Of a DNA stretch of 64,000 nt, positions 54,718 through 64,000 are shown piece after piece. The translations under genes and the position numbers were made by a program. Numbering within the stretch: the stretch's first letter is position 1; each line of letters opens with the position of its first letter. Source of the stretch: an uncultured Clostridia bacterium (GTDB lineage: Bacteria > Bacillota > Clostridia > Christensenellales > UBA1242); the NCBI GenBank assembly GCA_944377365.1, contig CALWEQ010000010.1:70455-134454 (forward strand). The letters are read 5' to 3'. Under the pieces are notes generated by a model. The model was not told the DNA's origin and ran no database searches. It saw nothing but the letters and a program-made list of their open reading frames with translations.

Positions 54718-56636
54718 ACAATCCTCTTAAAAAGTTTTTCTAAATCTCGTTTTGTCATTTCAACAATAATTGGTCTGCCATGAGGACATAAAAGAACTCC
54801 TTTGCGGACATCTTCTAAGAGGCTCGCAATAGCTTCATTAGACAATGAGTCACCAGCTTTGACAGCATGTTTGCAAGCATACTGAGCAAGTCTTTCTTTT
54901 AATAAGTCACTAGCTGTTTTATTCCATATTTCATGATCACGCATTACATCATCAACAAACTCATTTAAAGATATGCTTGAAAGCACTAAAGGTACTGCTG
55001 AAATTTGAATTCTACCTTCTTCTTCTACGATGTCAAATCCTAGTTTTGAAAGTGCCTCCCTGACATCTTCAAACATTGCTTTTTCTTTAGAAGAAAGCTT
55101 TAATTCAAAATTAATTAATAGTGGTTGTTTTAAAATCTTTTGATTTTCAACTTGTTTAATGAGTTTGTCAAATAATATTCGCTCATGTCCTGCGTGCTGA
55201 TCAATAAAATAAAGTTTTTCGTCATATTCAACCAAGATATAGGTTTTAAAAAGTGTGCCAAAAATTTTCATTTCGTCTTTAATGCTAGCACTTATAAATT
55301 TGTCTTGCTTTTGTAAAAAATTTCTTTCGCTGGTGGCAGATTGATCAAAAAATATAGGCCCACCTCGCTTGTTGATTGGAATTTCTTCTTCAATAGTTAT
55401 ATTCAAAAAGTCTGGAGTTTTAGTTTTGGATTTTTCAGTTTCAATTTTAACTTCATTTATCTTTCTTTCCTGTTGGTCAATCTTTTTTACAGAGTCATTC
55501 ACATCTTTAAAACTTTTTCCCTCTTTTTTAGACATTGGCTCAAGGTCAACGATAGGAATGTGCCTAAAACCTTGTTTGTTGTCATATGATTGTAATTCTG
55601 TTTGTGTAAATTGGAATTCGTCAATTTTTTTATTATCAAATGAAGCGATCATATCTTGATTTTGAAGCGCTTGCTTAATTGCAGACAGCACAAAAGCAAA
55701 AATTTCATTAGGATTTTGAAATCTGACTTCTTTTTTCGTTGGGTGAATGTTTACGTCAACTATTTCTGGGTCAACCCTTAATCCTAAAACAAAAATTGGA
55801 AATCTTCCTTTCATTAAAAACGGTTCGTATGCACCTTGAATTGCTGATGAAATAAGATAATTTTCTACAAATCTTCCATTAACAAAAAGTGTTTGATAAG
55901 TTCGGTTTGAACGTGAATATCTTGGACTAACTATAAAACCTGTTAGCGATATTCCATTCGATTCTGCATCAATCTTTATCAAATTGTCATACACTTCTTT
56001 CCCATATATTGTGTAAATTATGTCCGACAACTCGGAAGATATTGTGTTGTAGACCTGTTTGCCATCAGCTACATACAGAAATGAAATTTCTGGATGAGCA
56101 AGCATGAATTTTTCTATGAGTTGCGTGATTTCTGCTTCTTCTCGTTTTGATTTACGCAAAAATTTTGCACGAACTGGTGCATTGTAAAAAAGGTCGGTGA
56201 CTTCAATGGTCGTACCTTTATTTCTTGCAACATCTTTAACTTCACTAAACAAACCGCCGTCAATTCGTATGCTAGAACCTGACAGCGCCTCTTCAGTTTT
56301 TGATGATGCATAAACATGACAAACCGATGCTATTGATGCGAGTGCTTCTCCCCTAAACCCTAGAGTTTGTATTTTGTCAAGATCAGCAAGCGATTTAATT
56401 TTGCTAGTGGCATGTGGCAAGAAAGCTTTTTCTAGGTCTTCCCTTTCAATACCATGACCGTTGTCGGAAACTGTTATCTTTTTCTTCCCACCGTCTTCAA
56501 TTTCAATGCTAATTACACTTGCGCCAGCATCAATGCTGTTTTCAACAAGTTCCTTAACTATAGATGCAGGGCGTTCGACAACTTCACCGGCCGCTATACG
56601 ATTAAATATTGTGCTGTCTAACAATTGAATTTTCAT
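54714..56636 (-). CDS. mutL: DNA mismatch repair protein MutL
   Basis: IAAGEVVERPASIVKELVENSIDAG, GFRGEAL, and C-terminal endonuclease motifs DQHAGHERILF and CPHGRP. Confidence 0.95.
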   Translation of the reverse strand: MKIQLLDSTIFNRIAAGEVVERPASIVKELVENSIDAGASVISIEIEDGGKKKITVSDNGHGIEREDLEKAFLPHATSKIKSLADLDKIQTLGFRGEALASIASVCHVYASSKTEEALSGSSIRIDGGLFSEVKDVARNKGTTIEVTDLFYNAPVRAKFLRKSKREEAEITQLIEKFMLAHPEISFLYVADGKQVYNTISSELSDIIYTIYGKEVYDNLIKIDAESNGISLTGFIVSPRYSRSNRTYQTLFVNGRFVENYLISSAIQGAYEPFLMKGRFPIFVLGLRVDPEIVDVNIHPTKKEVRFQNPNEIFAFVLSAIKQALQNQDMIASFDNKKIDEFQFTQTELQSYDNKQGFRHIPIVDLEPMSKKEGKSFKDVNDSVKKIDQQERKINEVKIETEKSKTKTPDFLNITIEEEIPINKRGGPIFFDQSATSERNFLQKQDKFISASIKDEMKIFGTLFKTYILVEYDEKLYFIDQHAGHERILFDKLIKQVENQKILKQPLLINFELKLSSKEKAMFEDVREALSKLGFDIVEEEGRIQISAVPLVLSSISLNEFVDDVMRDHEIWNKTASDLLKERLAQYACKHAVKAGDSLSNEAIASLLEDVRKGVLLCPHGRPIIVEMTKRDLEKLFKRIV

Positions 56637-59227
56637 TTTTCCTCCTTTGCCTTTGAAGTGAGATCGACTAAAATCTCAAAGGCATGCATAGGTGATATGC
56701 GATTTGGGTCTAAGTCCTTTACTATGTTGTAAATTTCATTTTTAACTTTGTTGTCTTCTTGAATAACTGGCTGATCTTCTATGCTTAACTCTAAGTTTAA
56801 GTTTTGTTTTTCAAGAGTTCTACTAATTTCTTTCGCTCTTAATAAAACCTCTTTTGGCAGGCCAGCCATTCTAGCCACTTCAATTCCAAAGCTTTTATTT
56901 GCACCACCTCTTACTATTTTTCGTAAAAATAAAACCTGATCCATTGTTTCTTTAACAAGGATTTTGTAATTCTTTACTCCAGTAAGCATATTTTCAAGAT
57001 TTGTTAGTTCGTGATAATGAGTTGCAAACAATGTTTTTGCTGGCAAGTTTTTTGCTATATGTTCAACAACGCTCCATGCAATAGACAACCCGTCAAAAGT
57101 AGAAGTCCCCCTTCCTATTTCATCAAGTATAATCAAGCTGTAATGAGTCGCGTTTGCAAGAATTGTAGCAACTTCGCTCATTTCAACCATAAACGTACTT
57201 TGTCCAAATGCCAAATCGTCGCTAGCACCGACACGCGTAAATATTCTGTCAGTAATCGCAATTTCAGCTCTTTCAGCAGGCACAAAGCTCCCTATATGAG
57301 CCATGAAAGTTATCAAAGCAACTTGACGCATATAAGTGCTTTTCCCAGCCATATTAGGCCCTGTAATAATCATAATTTGATCGTCTGGCCTCGATAAAAA
57401 TGTGTCATTTGCAATAAACGTGCTTCCACCAAGAAAAGCTTCAACAACGGGATGTCTTCCTTGTTCTATTTTTATTTTATCACCTTTTTCAAGCAAAACA
57501 GGTCTAACATAATTGTTTTTGACGGCGACCTGGGCTAATGAATAAATTACATCTATTCTGCTGATAGCATCTGCTGTTTCAAGCAAAGGTTCCACCAAAG
57601 TTAGTAGATATTTTTTTAACTCAGTAAAAATGACATCTTCTAGTTGTATTGCCTTTTCTTCGGCACCCTGCAACTGCCTTTCTAGATTTGCTAAATCTTC
57701 CATTACAAATCTTTCATTATTTGCAACTGTTTGTTTGCGCTTGTACATGATAGGTACTTTGTCAATTTCTCTTTTATTAACTTCTATGCAATAGCCATAC
57801 ACTCTGGATTTTATAATCTTAAGACTTTTAATTCCCGTTTTTTGCCTCTCTTCTTCTTCAAGTTGATCAATCCATTTTTTTGCATTGGATTTCATTTCTC
57901 GTAACTGGTCAAGTTCTGTGTTAAAGCCATCTTTTATATAACCACCAGTCTTAGTCAAATACGGAGCATTATCATCTATGGCCTTGTTTAAAAGAGCAAA
58001 AAGATCTTCAAATCCATTTATCATCTTTTGTTCGTCATCAAAATCTTTGCAAGAAGCTAAAATAGATTTTAGATTAGGCAAATATTCTAAAGAACTTTTC
58101 AACGACAACAAATCCTTTGGCGTGATTGAGCCATAAGCTATGCGCCCTGCAAGACGTTCGATATCGCCAATTTTAGACAACATTTGACCAAGTTGATCGC
58201 GTTTTACTGTGTTGTTAAATAGAGTTTCTACCTTGTCCAGCCTTCTGTTTAGTTTATCACGTGATTGCAAAGGATGGTCGAAAATGTAACGGAATTTTCG
58301 TGCTCCCATACTTGTTTTTGTTTTGTCTAAAAGCCAAATTAAAGACCCATATCTTTTTCTTTCACGAATTGTTTCAACTAATTCGAGGTTGCGTCTAGCA
58401 GTAGTGTCAAGTTGCAGAAAATCACTGTTTTTTACAAGATTAAGCTTCTTTATGCTGTCTATTTTACGTTTTTGTGTTTCAACTAAATATTCAATAAGTG
58501 CGCCAGCAGAAAGCGTGACTTCTCGTTTGTTTTCTAATTCGTAAACCCTCTTGTAATTTTCTCCAAATTGTCTTTGTAAATTCTCATCTGCTCTTTCAAA
58601 ATGAAAAGCCCAATCATAATAAATTTGTGCTTTGGGCAAAAAACCCTGTTTTTGAATTGGAAGTGAATCATAAAGATTTTTGGCTTCTTCATTTGCAATC
58701 ACTTCACTAGGGCCGACACGCGTCAAAATGTCTGTCAAAGAATTGGACAAATTTTCACTTACATCCTCTACTTCAAAAAGACCCGTAGTTATGTCAGAAT
58801 ATGCTACTCCTAGCTTCTCTCCAGCTTTTGCTAAACATAAGATGAAATTGTTTTTTGCACTTTCAAGCATTTCCTCTTCAGTAACAGTCCCAGCCGTGAC
58901 AACTCGAGAAATAAATCTTTTCATCATCCCCTTTTGGCCAGGTTTTAGTTCTGCTTGTTCGCATATAGCTACTTTTCTTCCTGTAGCAACGATTTTTGCT
59001 ACGTAGACTTGCGCAGAATGTGCAGGAACGCCACACATAACGTTTCCACCTCTTTGAGTCAAAGTCAAATCTAAAAGCTTGCTCATTTCAACAGCATCTT
59101 CAAAAAACATTTCATAAAAGTCGCCAAGTCTAAAAAAAAGCACACAGTCAGGATGCTGTTCTTTAAGAGTTTTATATTGCGCCATCATGCCCTTAGGCTC
59201 GACAATTTTTGCTATTTCATCTATCAT
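56633..59227 (-). CDS. mutS: DNA mismatch repair protein MutS
   Basis: FFRLGDFYEMF mismatch-binding motif, Walker A GPNMAGKST, STFMVEM, DEIGRGTST. Confidence 0.95.
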   Translation of the reverse strand: MIDEIAKIVEPKGMMAQYKTLKEQHPDCVLFFRLGDFYEMFFEDAVEMSKLLDLTLTQRGGNVMCGVPAHSAQVYVAKIVATGRKVAICEQAELKPGQKGMMKRFISRVVTAGTVTEEEMLESAKNNFILCLAKAGEKLGVAYSDITTGLFEVEDVSENLSNSLTDILTRVGPSEVIANEEAKNLYDSLPIQKQGFLPKAQIYYDWAFHFERADENLQRQFGENYKRVYELENKREVTLSAGALIEYLVETQKRKIDSIKKLNLVKNSDFLQLDTTARRNLELVETIRERKRYGSLIWLLDKTKTSMGARKFRYIFDHPLQSRDKLNRRLDKVETLFNNTVKRDQLGQMLSKIGDIERLAGRIAYGSITPKDLLSLKSSLEYLPNLKSILASCKDFDDEQKMINGFEDLFALLNKAIDDNAPYLTKTGGYIKDGFNTELDQLREMKSNAKKWIDQLEEEERQKTGIKSLKIIKSRVYGYCIEVNKREIDKVPIMYKRKQTVANNERFVMEDLANLERQLQGAEEKAIQLEDVIFTELKKYLLTLVEPLLETADAISRIDVIYSLAQVAVKNNYVRPVLLEKGDKIKIEQGRHPVVEAFLGGSTFIANDTFLSRPDDQIMIITGPNMAGKSTYMRQVALITFMAHIGSFVPAERAEIAITDRIFTRVGASDDLAFGQSTFMVEMSEVATILANATHYSLIILDEIGRGTSTFDGLSIAWSVVEHIAKNLPAKTLFATHYHELTNLENMLTGVKNYKILVKETMDQVLFLRKIVRGGANKSFGIEVARMAGLPKEVLLRAKEISRTLEKQNLNLELSIEDQPVIQEDNKVKNEIYNIVKDLDPNRISPMHAFEILVDLTSKAKEEK

Positions 59228-60345
59228 CAGTTTGCCTCTTTTTGTATTTTCTTTTCGAGAGCTAAAAGCTTGTTTACCCTTTGTCTTTTTATCTCAAGTG
59301 GAATTTGACCTTCCATTTTTGCAGCAACAGTGCCTTCTCTTGGAGAATACATAAATGCAAATATTCCGTCATATTTTACTTGTTCGACCAAACTTAATGT
59401 GTCTAAAAATTCACTTTCTGTTTCAGTTGGAAAGCCGACAATAAAATCTGAAGTGATTTTTACATTAGGTATTTTTGCTTTTATTTTTGATATAATTTCT
59501 AAGTAATGTTCTCTGGTGTATTTTCGATTCATAAGTTTTAAAATACGATTGTTGCCACTTTGAGCTGGCAAATGAATTTCTTTTAATATTTTGTCATTTG
59601 TTGCTATTTCGTTTATGAGCTGATCTGTTATATCTTTGGGATGTGAAGTCATAAATCCTACTTTGAAATCGCCTTCAATCGACGTGATTAGTTTTAACAA
59701 CTCTGAAAAAGTGACTTTTGGAGAAAGATCTTTACCATATGAATTGACATTCTGCCCAAGCAATGTTATTTTGTTATACTTACCGCTTTTTACAATATCC
59801 TTTACTTCTTTTAAAATGTTTTCAACAGAACGAGATTTTTCTCTTCCACGCACATAAGGCACAATGCAATAAGTGCAAAAATTGTCACAACCCTGCATAA
59901 TGTTTACCCAGGCATTTTGACCACTTGTCCTGTTGTAACCTTTTTCTTCATCAAGCGAACCTTCCTGCCAAAGCTCAAAAACTTTTTTGTTTTTAGCTTC
60001 ATTTATGTACTGTCCAATTTTATGTAGATTAAACGTGCCTAAAATTATGTCTACAAAAGGAAACTTTTGTTTAAAAACTTTTGCTGTCTCCTCTTTTTGT
60101 GTCATACAGCCACAGACTGCAATAATTAGGCTAGGACGCAACTTTTTAAGTCTTTTAAGCGCCCCGACATTGCCAAAAACTCGCTCTTCTGCCCCCTCAC
60201 GAATTGCACAAGTGTTGAAAACTATGACGTCAGCTTCTTCCCGCTTTTCTGTGAATGTGTAACCCATTTCTTCTAAAATAAAAGAAATCTTTTCTGACTC
60301 ATGAACATTCATTTGGCAACCGTAAGTAACTATGTGATATAACAT
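59227..60345 (-). CDS. miaB: tRNA methylthiotransferase MiaB-like, lacking a C-terminal TRAM domain
   Basis: TYGCQMNVHESE, a radical-SAM CDNFCTYC cluster, and the ending ...RQRVNKLLALEKKIQKEAN right after the radical-SAM core. The stop overlaps the mutS ATG (TGATG). Confidence 0.8.
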   Translation of the reverse strand: MLYHIVTYGCQMNVHESEKISFILEEMGYTFTEKREEADVIVFNTCAIREGAEERVFGNVGALKRLKKLRPSLIIAVCGCMTQKEETAKVFKQKFPFVDIILGTFNLHKIGQYINEAKNKKVFELWQEGSLDEEKGYNRTSGQNAWVNIMQGCDNFCTYCIVPYVRGREKSRSVENILKEVKDIVKSGKYNKITLLGQNVNSYGKDLSPKVTFSELLKLITSIEGDFKVGFMTSHPKDITDQLINEIATNDKILKEIHLPAQSGNNRILKLMNRKYTREHYLEIISKIKAKIPNVKITSDFIVGFPTETESEFLDTLSLVEQVKYDGIFAFMYSPREGTVAAKMEGQIPLEIKRQRVNKLLALEKKIQKEAN

Positions 60346-60351
60346 AGAGAT

Positions 60352-60380
60352 AGTATACAGCAAAATTAAACATTTTGCAA
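60352..60380 (-). promoter_or_regulatory. promoter abutting the miaB start (leaderless candidate)
   Basis: TTGCAA (60380-60375), 17 nt, TATACT (60357-60352), 6 nt, ATG (60345). No SD. Confidence 0.55.
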
Positions 60381-60413
60381 ATAATTTGCTTTTAAAGTGG
60401 CATATTAAGAAAT

Positions 60414-62639
60414 ATGAAGAAATTTGTCAAAATATCGCTTATCACATTTGCAGTTGTAACATTCATTTTTGGACTAAGCCTAACAATTTTTGTTGCTAGT
60501 AGTATGGCAAAATTTTCATATCTAAAACTTGATGAATCATTGTTTAACTCTCCAACAGCTAATGTTCAAATTTATGACAAAACAAACAGACTTATAAACG
60601 AAGAAAACAGCCAATCAATTAAATTTGCCTCACTTGAAGAACTTAACACTTACACAGTGCAGGCATTTTTGTCAATCGAAGATAAAAATTTTTATGAACA
60701 TAATGGACTTAATTACAAGCGAATTTTAAAAGCTGTGATATCAAATTTAAAATCTCATTCGTTAAAAGAAGGAGCTTCTACAATAAGTCAACAATTAATT
60801 AAAAATACACATCTTTCATCAGAAAAAACCTTTGAAAGAAAAATAAAAGAAATAGTTTTAACAAGAAAACTTGAAAATGCATACTCTAAAAATCAAATTT
60901 TAGAAAAATATTTAAATGTGATTTATTATGGAAACAACTGTTATGGCATTGAAAATGCTTCAAATTACTATTTTTCCAAATCTGCAAAAGACTTAACACT
61001 TGCAGAAAGTGCACTTCTTGCTGGATTAATAAAATCACCAAGCAAGTATTCGCCAATAAACAGAGAAGAAGAATGTTTAAATAGGCGGAATTTAGTTTTA
61101 AACGAAATGCAAAAAGACGGTTTTATAACTGAAGAAGATTTTGAAAGAGCAAAAAGTGAACCTGTTGGACTTAATTTACATTATGAAAACGCAAATAAGT
61201 TAAACTCCTATTCGGAAGCTGCACTAACTGAAGCTTGCAACATATTAAATATGCCCGCGAAATCTATTGCTATATCCAAATACAAAATACACACCTATCA
61301 AGACCCTGAAAAGCAAAAAAATCTTAGCACGGCTTTATCAAGCGAAGATTTTCAATCTGCTGACTTTGCGGGAATTGTTGTTGATGCAAAAAAGCATGCA
61401 GTTAGTGCTTATTTAGGAAACAGTGCTTACAAGATTTTAGATGCAAAGCGTCAACCTGGGTCAATAATAAAACCTGTTTTAGTTTATGGCCCTGCTCTAA
61501 ACGAAGATTTGATTTCGCCACTGACACAATTGGATGACGAGCCACTAACACTAAACGGATATGAGCCAAAAAATGTCGATGGAAAATATCGTGGTTACGT
61601 GTCAGCAAAAGAGGCGCTTGCAAAGTCAATAAACATACCTGCAATAAAAGTCCTCTCCTATGTTGGAATAGAAAAAGCCAAAGCATATGCAAAAGAACTC
61701 GGTTTCCATTTTACTGATGATGACAACTCATATGCCCTCGCTCTTGGAGGTATGACTTATGGTGAAAATCTTTTAACATTGGTTTCTGCATATAGTGTTT
61801 TGCCAAATTTAGGCAAATACTCTCCTGCTGTTTTTGTGGAATATATTACAGACAGTAATGGCAAAATCTTATATCGTCATAAAGCAGAGGAAACACAAGT
61901 CTTTCGCGAAGACAGTTCTTACCTACTGACTACAATGTTAGAAGAAAGTGTGAAAAATGGGACAGCAAAAGCATTAAATCAACTAAAATTACCTTTAGCA
62001 TCTAAAACAGGAACTGTCGGACGCGGAAAAGATAACGTTGATGCATATAATATAACTTTTTCGCCAAGTGAAGTTTGCGGTGTGTGGGTTGGCAATTTAG
62101 ACAACACGCCGATTAAGATTGCTGGTGGAAATGAGCCGACACGGTGCGTTAAAAAATATTTTGAAAATGCTAACAGTGATGAAGTCTTCACCATGCCCGA
62201 ATCAGTTGTTGAACGAGAAATCGACTTACTTTGCCTGCAAGAAGATCATCTAGTAAAACTAGCAAACACGCAGACTCCAAAAATTTATAAGGAGACGGCA
62301 TTGTTTTCTAGATTTAATGAGCCTAAAGAGGTGTCAAGCAATTTCGAAAACATCCCAGATGAAAACTTCGAAGTTTTTGAAGACAACAAAAAGATTAATG
62401 TTGAATTTACAGCAAAAAAACAATTAATCTATCATTTTTATGATGGTGACAAGCTTTTAGAAACAATCAAATTTACCTCTGGAAACAAGTCACTTTCTTT
62501 CAAGATTAATGAAAAATTGATAGTCAAATATGGATTTAGCGAAAAAGATATGAAAGAAAAAACATTCAAGTTTGCAAGTATTGAAACATCAAAAAAAGAG
62601 GAAAAGATTTCCTCTTCAAAACGCAAATGGCTCGTCTAG
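60414..62639 (+). CDS. class A penicillin-binding protein (glycosyltransferase plus transpeptidase)
   Basis: GT51 motifs EDKNFYEHNG, GASTISQQL and RKIKE. Transpeptidase motifs SIIKP (SxxK) and KTGT. C-terminal ~130-aa extra domain. Confidence 0.9.
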   Translation: MKKFVKISLITFAVVTFIFGLSLTIFVASSMAKFSYLKLDESLFNSPTANVQIYDKTNRLINEENSQSIKFASLEELNTYTVQAFLSIEDKNFYEHNGLNYKRILKAVISNLKSHSLKEGASTISQQLIKNTHLSSEKTFERKIKEIVLTRKLENAYSKNQILEKYLNVIYYGNNCYGIENASNYYFSKSAKDLTLAESALLAGLIKSPSKYSPINREEECLNRRNLVLNEMQKDGFITEEDFERAKSEPVGLNLHYENANKLNSYSEAALTEACNILNMPAKSIAISKYKIHTYQDPEKQKNLSTALSSEDFQSADFAGIVVDAKKHAVSAYLGNSAYKILDAKRQPGSIIKPVLVYGPALNEDLISPLTQLDDEPLTLNGYEPKNVDGKYRGYVSAKEALAKSINIPAIKVLSYVGIEKAKAYAKELGFHFTDDDNSYALALGGMTYGENLLTLVSAYSVLPNLGKYSPAVFVEYITDSNGKILYRHKAEETQVFREDSSYLLTTMLEESVKNGTAKALNQLKLPLASKTGTVGRGKDNVDAYNITFSPSEVCGVWVGNLDNTPIKIAGGNEPTRCVKKYFENANSDEVFTMPESVVEREIDLLCLQEDHLVKLANTQTPKIYKETALFSRFNEPKEVSSNFENIPDENFEVFEDNKKINVEFTAKKQLIYHFYDGDKLLETIKFTSGNKSLSFKINEKLIVKYGFSEKDMKEKTFKFASIETSKKEEKISSSKRKWLV

Positions 62640-62690
62640 AAATTAAGAAAAAAGTTTTTAATTTACTTTAAAATAACTCAAAAATTTTTC

Positions 62691-63713
62691 TTATTCATCA
62701 CCTAATTCTGTAGGCAAACCCATGTTTGAAACCGCAGATTTGTTTTTTTCTTCTATTTCATTGTAAAGATCAGGATTTGTCTCCAAATATGCTTTTGTGT
62801 TTTCCTTACCTTGTCCGATTTTTTCGTCATTATAAGCAAACCACGATCCAGATTTTTTAATTATGCCAAATTGCAATGCAAGGTCGACTATACACCCAGT
62901 TTTTGATATTCCTTTGCCGTAAATAATATCAAATTCAGCGACTTTGAAAGGTGGTGCTAATTTGTTTTTTACAACTTTAATTTTCGTCTTGTTTCCAATT
63001 ACGTTTGCACCGTCTTTAATTGCTTCGCCTTTTCTTACGTCCAATCTCACACTAGCATAAAATTTTAGTGCTTTACCACCAGCTGTTGTTTCAGGTGAAC
63101 CATAAATAACACCAATCTTATCACGAAGCTGATTAATGAAAATGACCGTTGTGTTTGATTTGTTTATTGCACTCGTAAGTTTTCTTAAAGCTTGCGACAT
63201 CATGCGTGCCTGCAAACCTACATGGCTGTCACCCATCTCGCCATCAATTTCTGCCTTTGGGGTCAACGCTGCAACTGAGTCGACGACGACAACATCAACT
63301 CCACCTGAACGAACAAGCATATCGCAAATGTTAAGAGCCTGCTCGCCATTGTCTGGTTGTGAAATGTAAAGATCTTTCAAAACAACACCTAATTTTTCAG
63401 CATAACTAGGATCAAGTGCGTGCTCCGCATCAATAAATGCGGCAGTACCGCCCATTTTTTGTGCTTCTGCTATTATATGAAGTGACACTGTTGTCTTTCC
63501 AGATGATTCAGGACCATAAATTTCAATGACTCTACCTCTTGGCACTCCACCAATTCCAAGCGCCAAATCAAGTGTCAAACAACCAGTAGGTATGACATCG
63601 ACTTTTTGGTTTGATGCATCGCCAAGCTTCATTATTGCACCTTTCCCATATTGTTTTTCTATTTGCAAAAGTGCTTCAGTAAGTGCATCTTGTTTTGACA
63701 ATTTCTTTTCCAT
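62691..63713 (-). CDS. recA: recombinase RecA
   Basis: [14 protein letters not shown], Walker [19 protein letters not shown]. Confidence 0.97.
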   Translation of the reverse strand: MEKKLSKQDALTEALLQIEKQYGKGAIMKLGDASNQKVDVIPTGCLTLDLALGIGGVPRGRVIEIYGPESSGKTTVSLHIIAEAQKMGGTAAFIDAEHALDPSYAEKLGVVLKDLYISQPDNGEQALNICDMLVRSGGVDVVVVDSVAALTPKAEIDGEMGDSHVGLQARMMSQALRKLTSAINKSNTTVIFINQLRDKIGVIYGSPETTAGGKALKFYASVRLDVRKGEAIKDGANVIGNKTKIKVVKNKLAPPFKVAEFDIIYGKGISKTGCIVDLALQFGIIKKSGSWFAYNDEKIGQGKENTKAYLETNPDLYNEIEEKNKSAVSNMGLPTELGDE

Positions 63714-63731
63714 AAAATTTCTCCTGTTTAA

Positions 63732-64000
63732 TTATTCTTCAAAAAGTTGTTTGTATTCTTCTTCAGTTAAAAGAATTTCTCTTTCAGCTCCTTCGTCAGA
63801 GATATAACCTAGCTCAGCCATGTCGTCGATTATTTTTTCTGCTCGATTATAGTTCATGTTAAACCTATCTGCGACTTTGCTTACGCTTAAGATCCCTTCT
63901 TCAAAAAAAGCTTTTAACACTGATGGAATTAAAAGGTCGTAGGGCATCTGTTTTGATTGCTTCTCATTTGATTTAAAGATTTGTTTGTTTTTAATAATGT
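63732..64000 (-). CDS. C-terminal end of an FtsK/SpoIIIE-type protein (gamma-like winged helix), partial
   Basis: The frame stays open to the window edge. LSVSKVADRFNMNYNRAEKIIDDMAELGYIS follows the FtsK gamma pattern (S-x-LQR-x-x-IGYNRAARIID-x-E-x-GIV). Confidence 0.45.
   Translation of the reverse strand, partial: IIKNKQIFKSNEKQSKQMPYDLLIPSVLKAFFEEGILSVSKVADRFNMNYNRAEKIIDDMAELGYISDEGAEREILLTEEEYKQLFEE

Noticed and set aside
60375-60413. Leaderless promoter for the PBP1A gene
   Set aside because: CATATT and TATTAA hexamers lie 5-7 nt before the ATG, but no acceptable -35 exists at 16-18 nt spacing. The palindromic TTGCAA is 20 nt away. Not supportable.
1-64000. CRISPR arrays, IS/transposase or integrase genes, prophage modules, toxin-antitoxin pairs, restriction-modification genes
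   Set aside because: A scan of the intergenic regions and all ORF translations showed no spaced direct repeats, and no transposase, integrase, recombinase, methyltransferase or nuclease signatures beyond the housekeeping enzymes listed.

Overview
AT-rich chromosomal core region of a low-GC, endospore-forming Firmicute, Clostridia-like: type A RNase P RNA plus SigK-like, SpoIVFB-like, YtxC, YlbJ and SpoIIM-like genes. Standard genetic code, with TGA used as a stop. About 60 genes, nearly all on the minus strand, in tightly packed and often overlapping operons: infB-ylxQ-ylxR-nusA-rimP; rseP-cdsA-uppS-frr / tsf-rpsB; secDF, yajC, thrS with a Thr T-box leader; ruvX-polA; rarA; sigK-ftsY-smc-rnc-plsX; rpmF, ackA-pta; rnhA-HIT; mnmA; scpAB-dacB; ynbB-miaA-mutL-mutS-miaB; PBP1A; recA; ftsK-like C-terminus. 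RNA genes: RNase P RNA (24851-25183, minus) and tRNA-Ser(GGA) (43927-44014, plus). I found no CRISPR array, IS element, integrase, prophage or recognisable multi-gene defence island. No convincing new multi-gene system emerges. The most unusual items are: (1) a 451-aa protein with a divergent diadenylate-cyclase-like C-terminus between sigK and rnpB, next to a Cys-rich 397-aa orphan; (2) a 510-aa OB-like plus DEDDh exonuclease protein sitting where polC normally lies; (3) a recurrent promoter-6 nt-ATG architecture implying leaderless mRNAs for at least seven genes; (4) direct and inverted copies of the tRNA-Ser 3' end just downstream of the tRNA, resembling an att scar; (5) several contracted conserved operons and domain-trimmed enzymes (ThrRS without TGS, MiaB without TRAM); (6) unannotated small ORFs. 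All functional calls come from motif recognition and synteny by eye. No database search was run.
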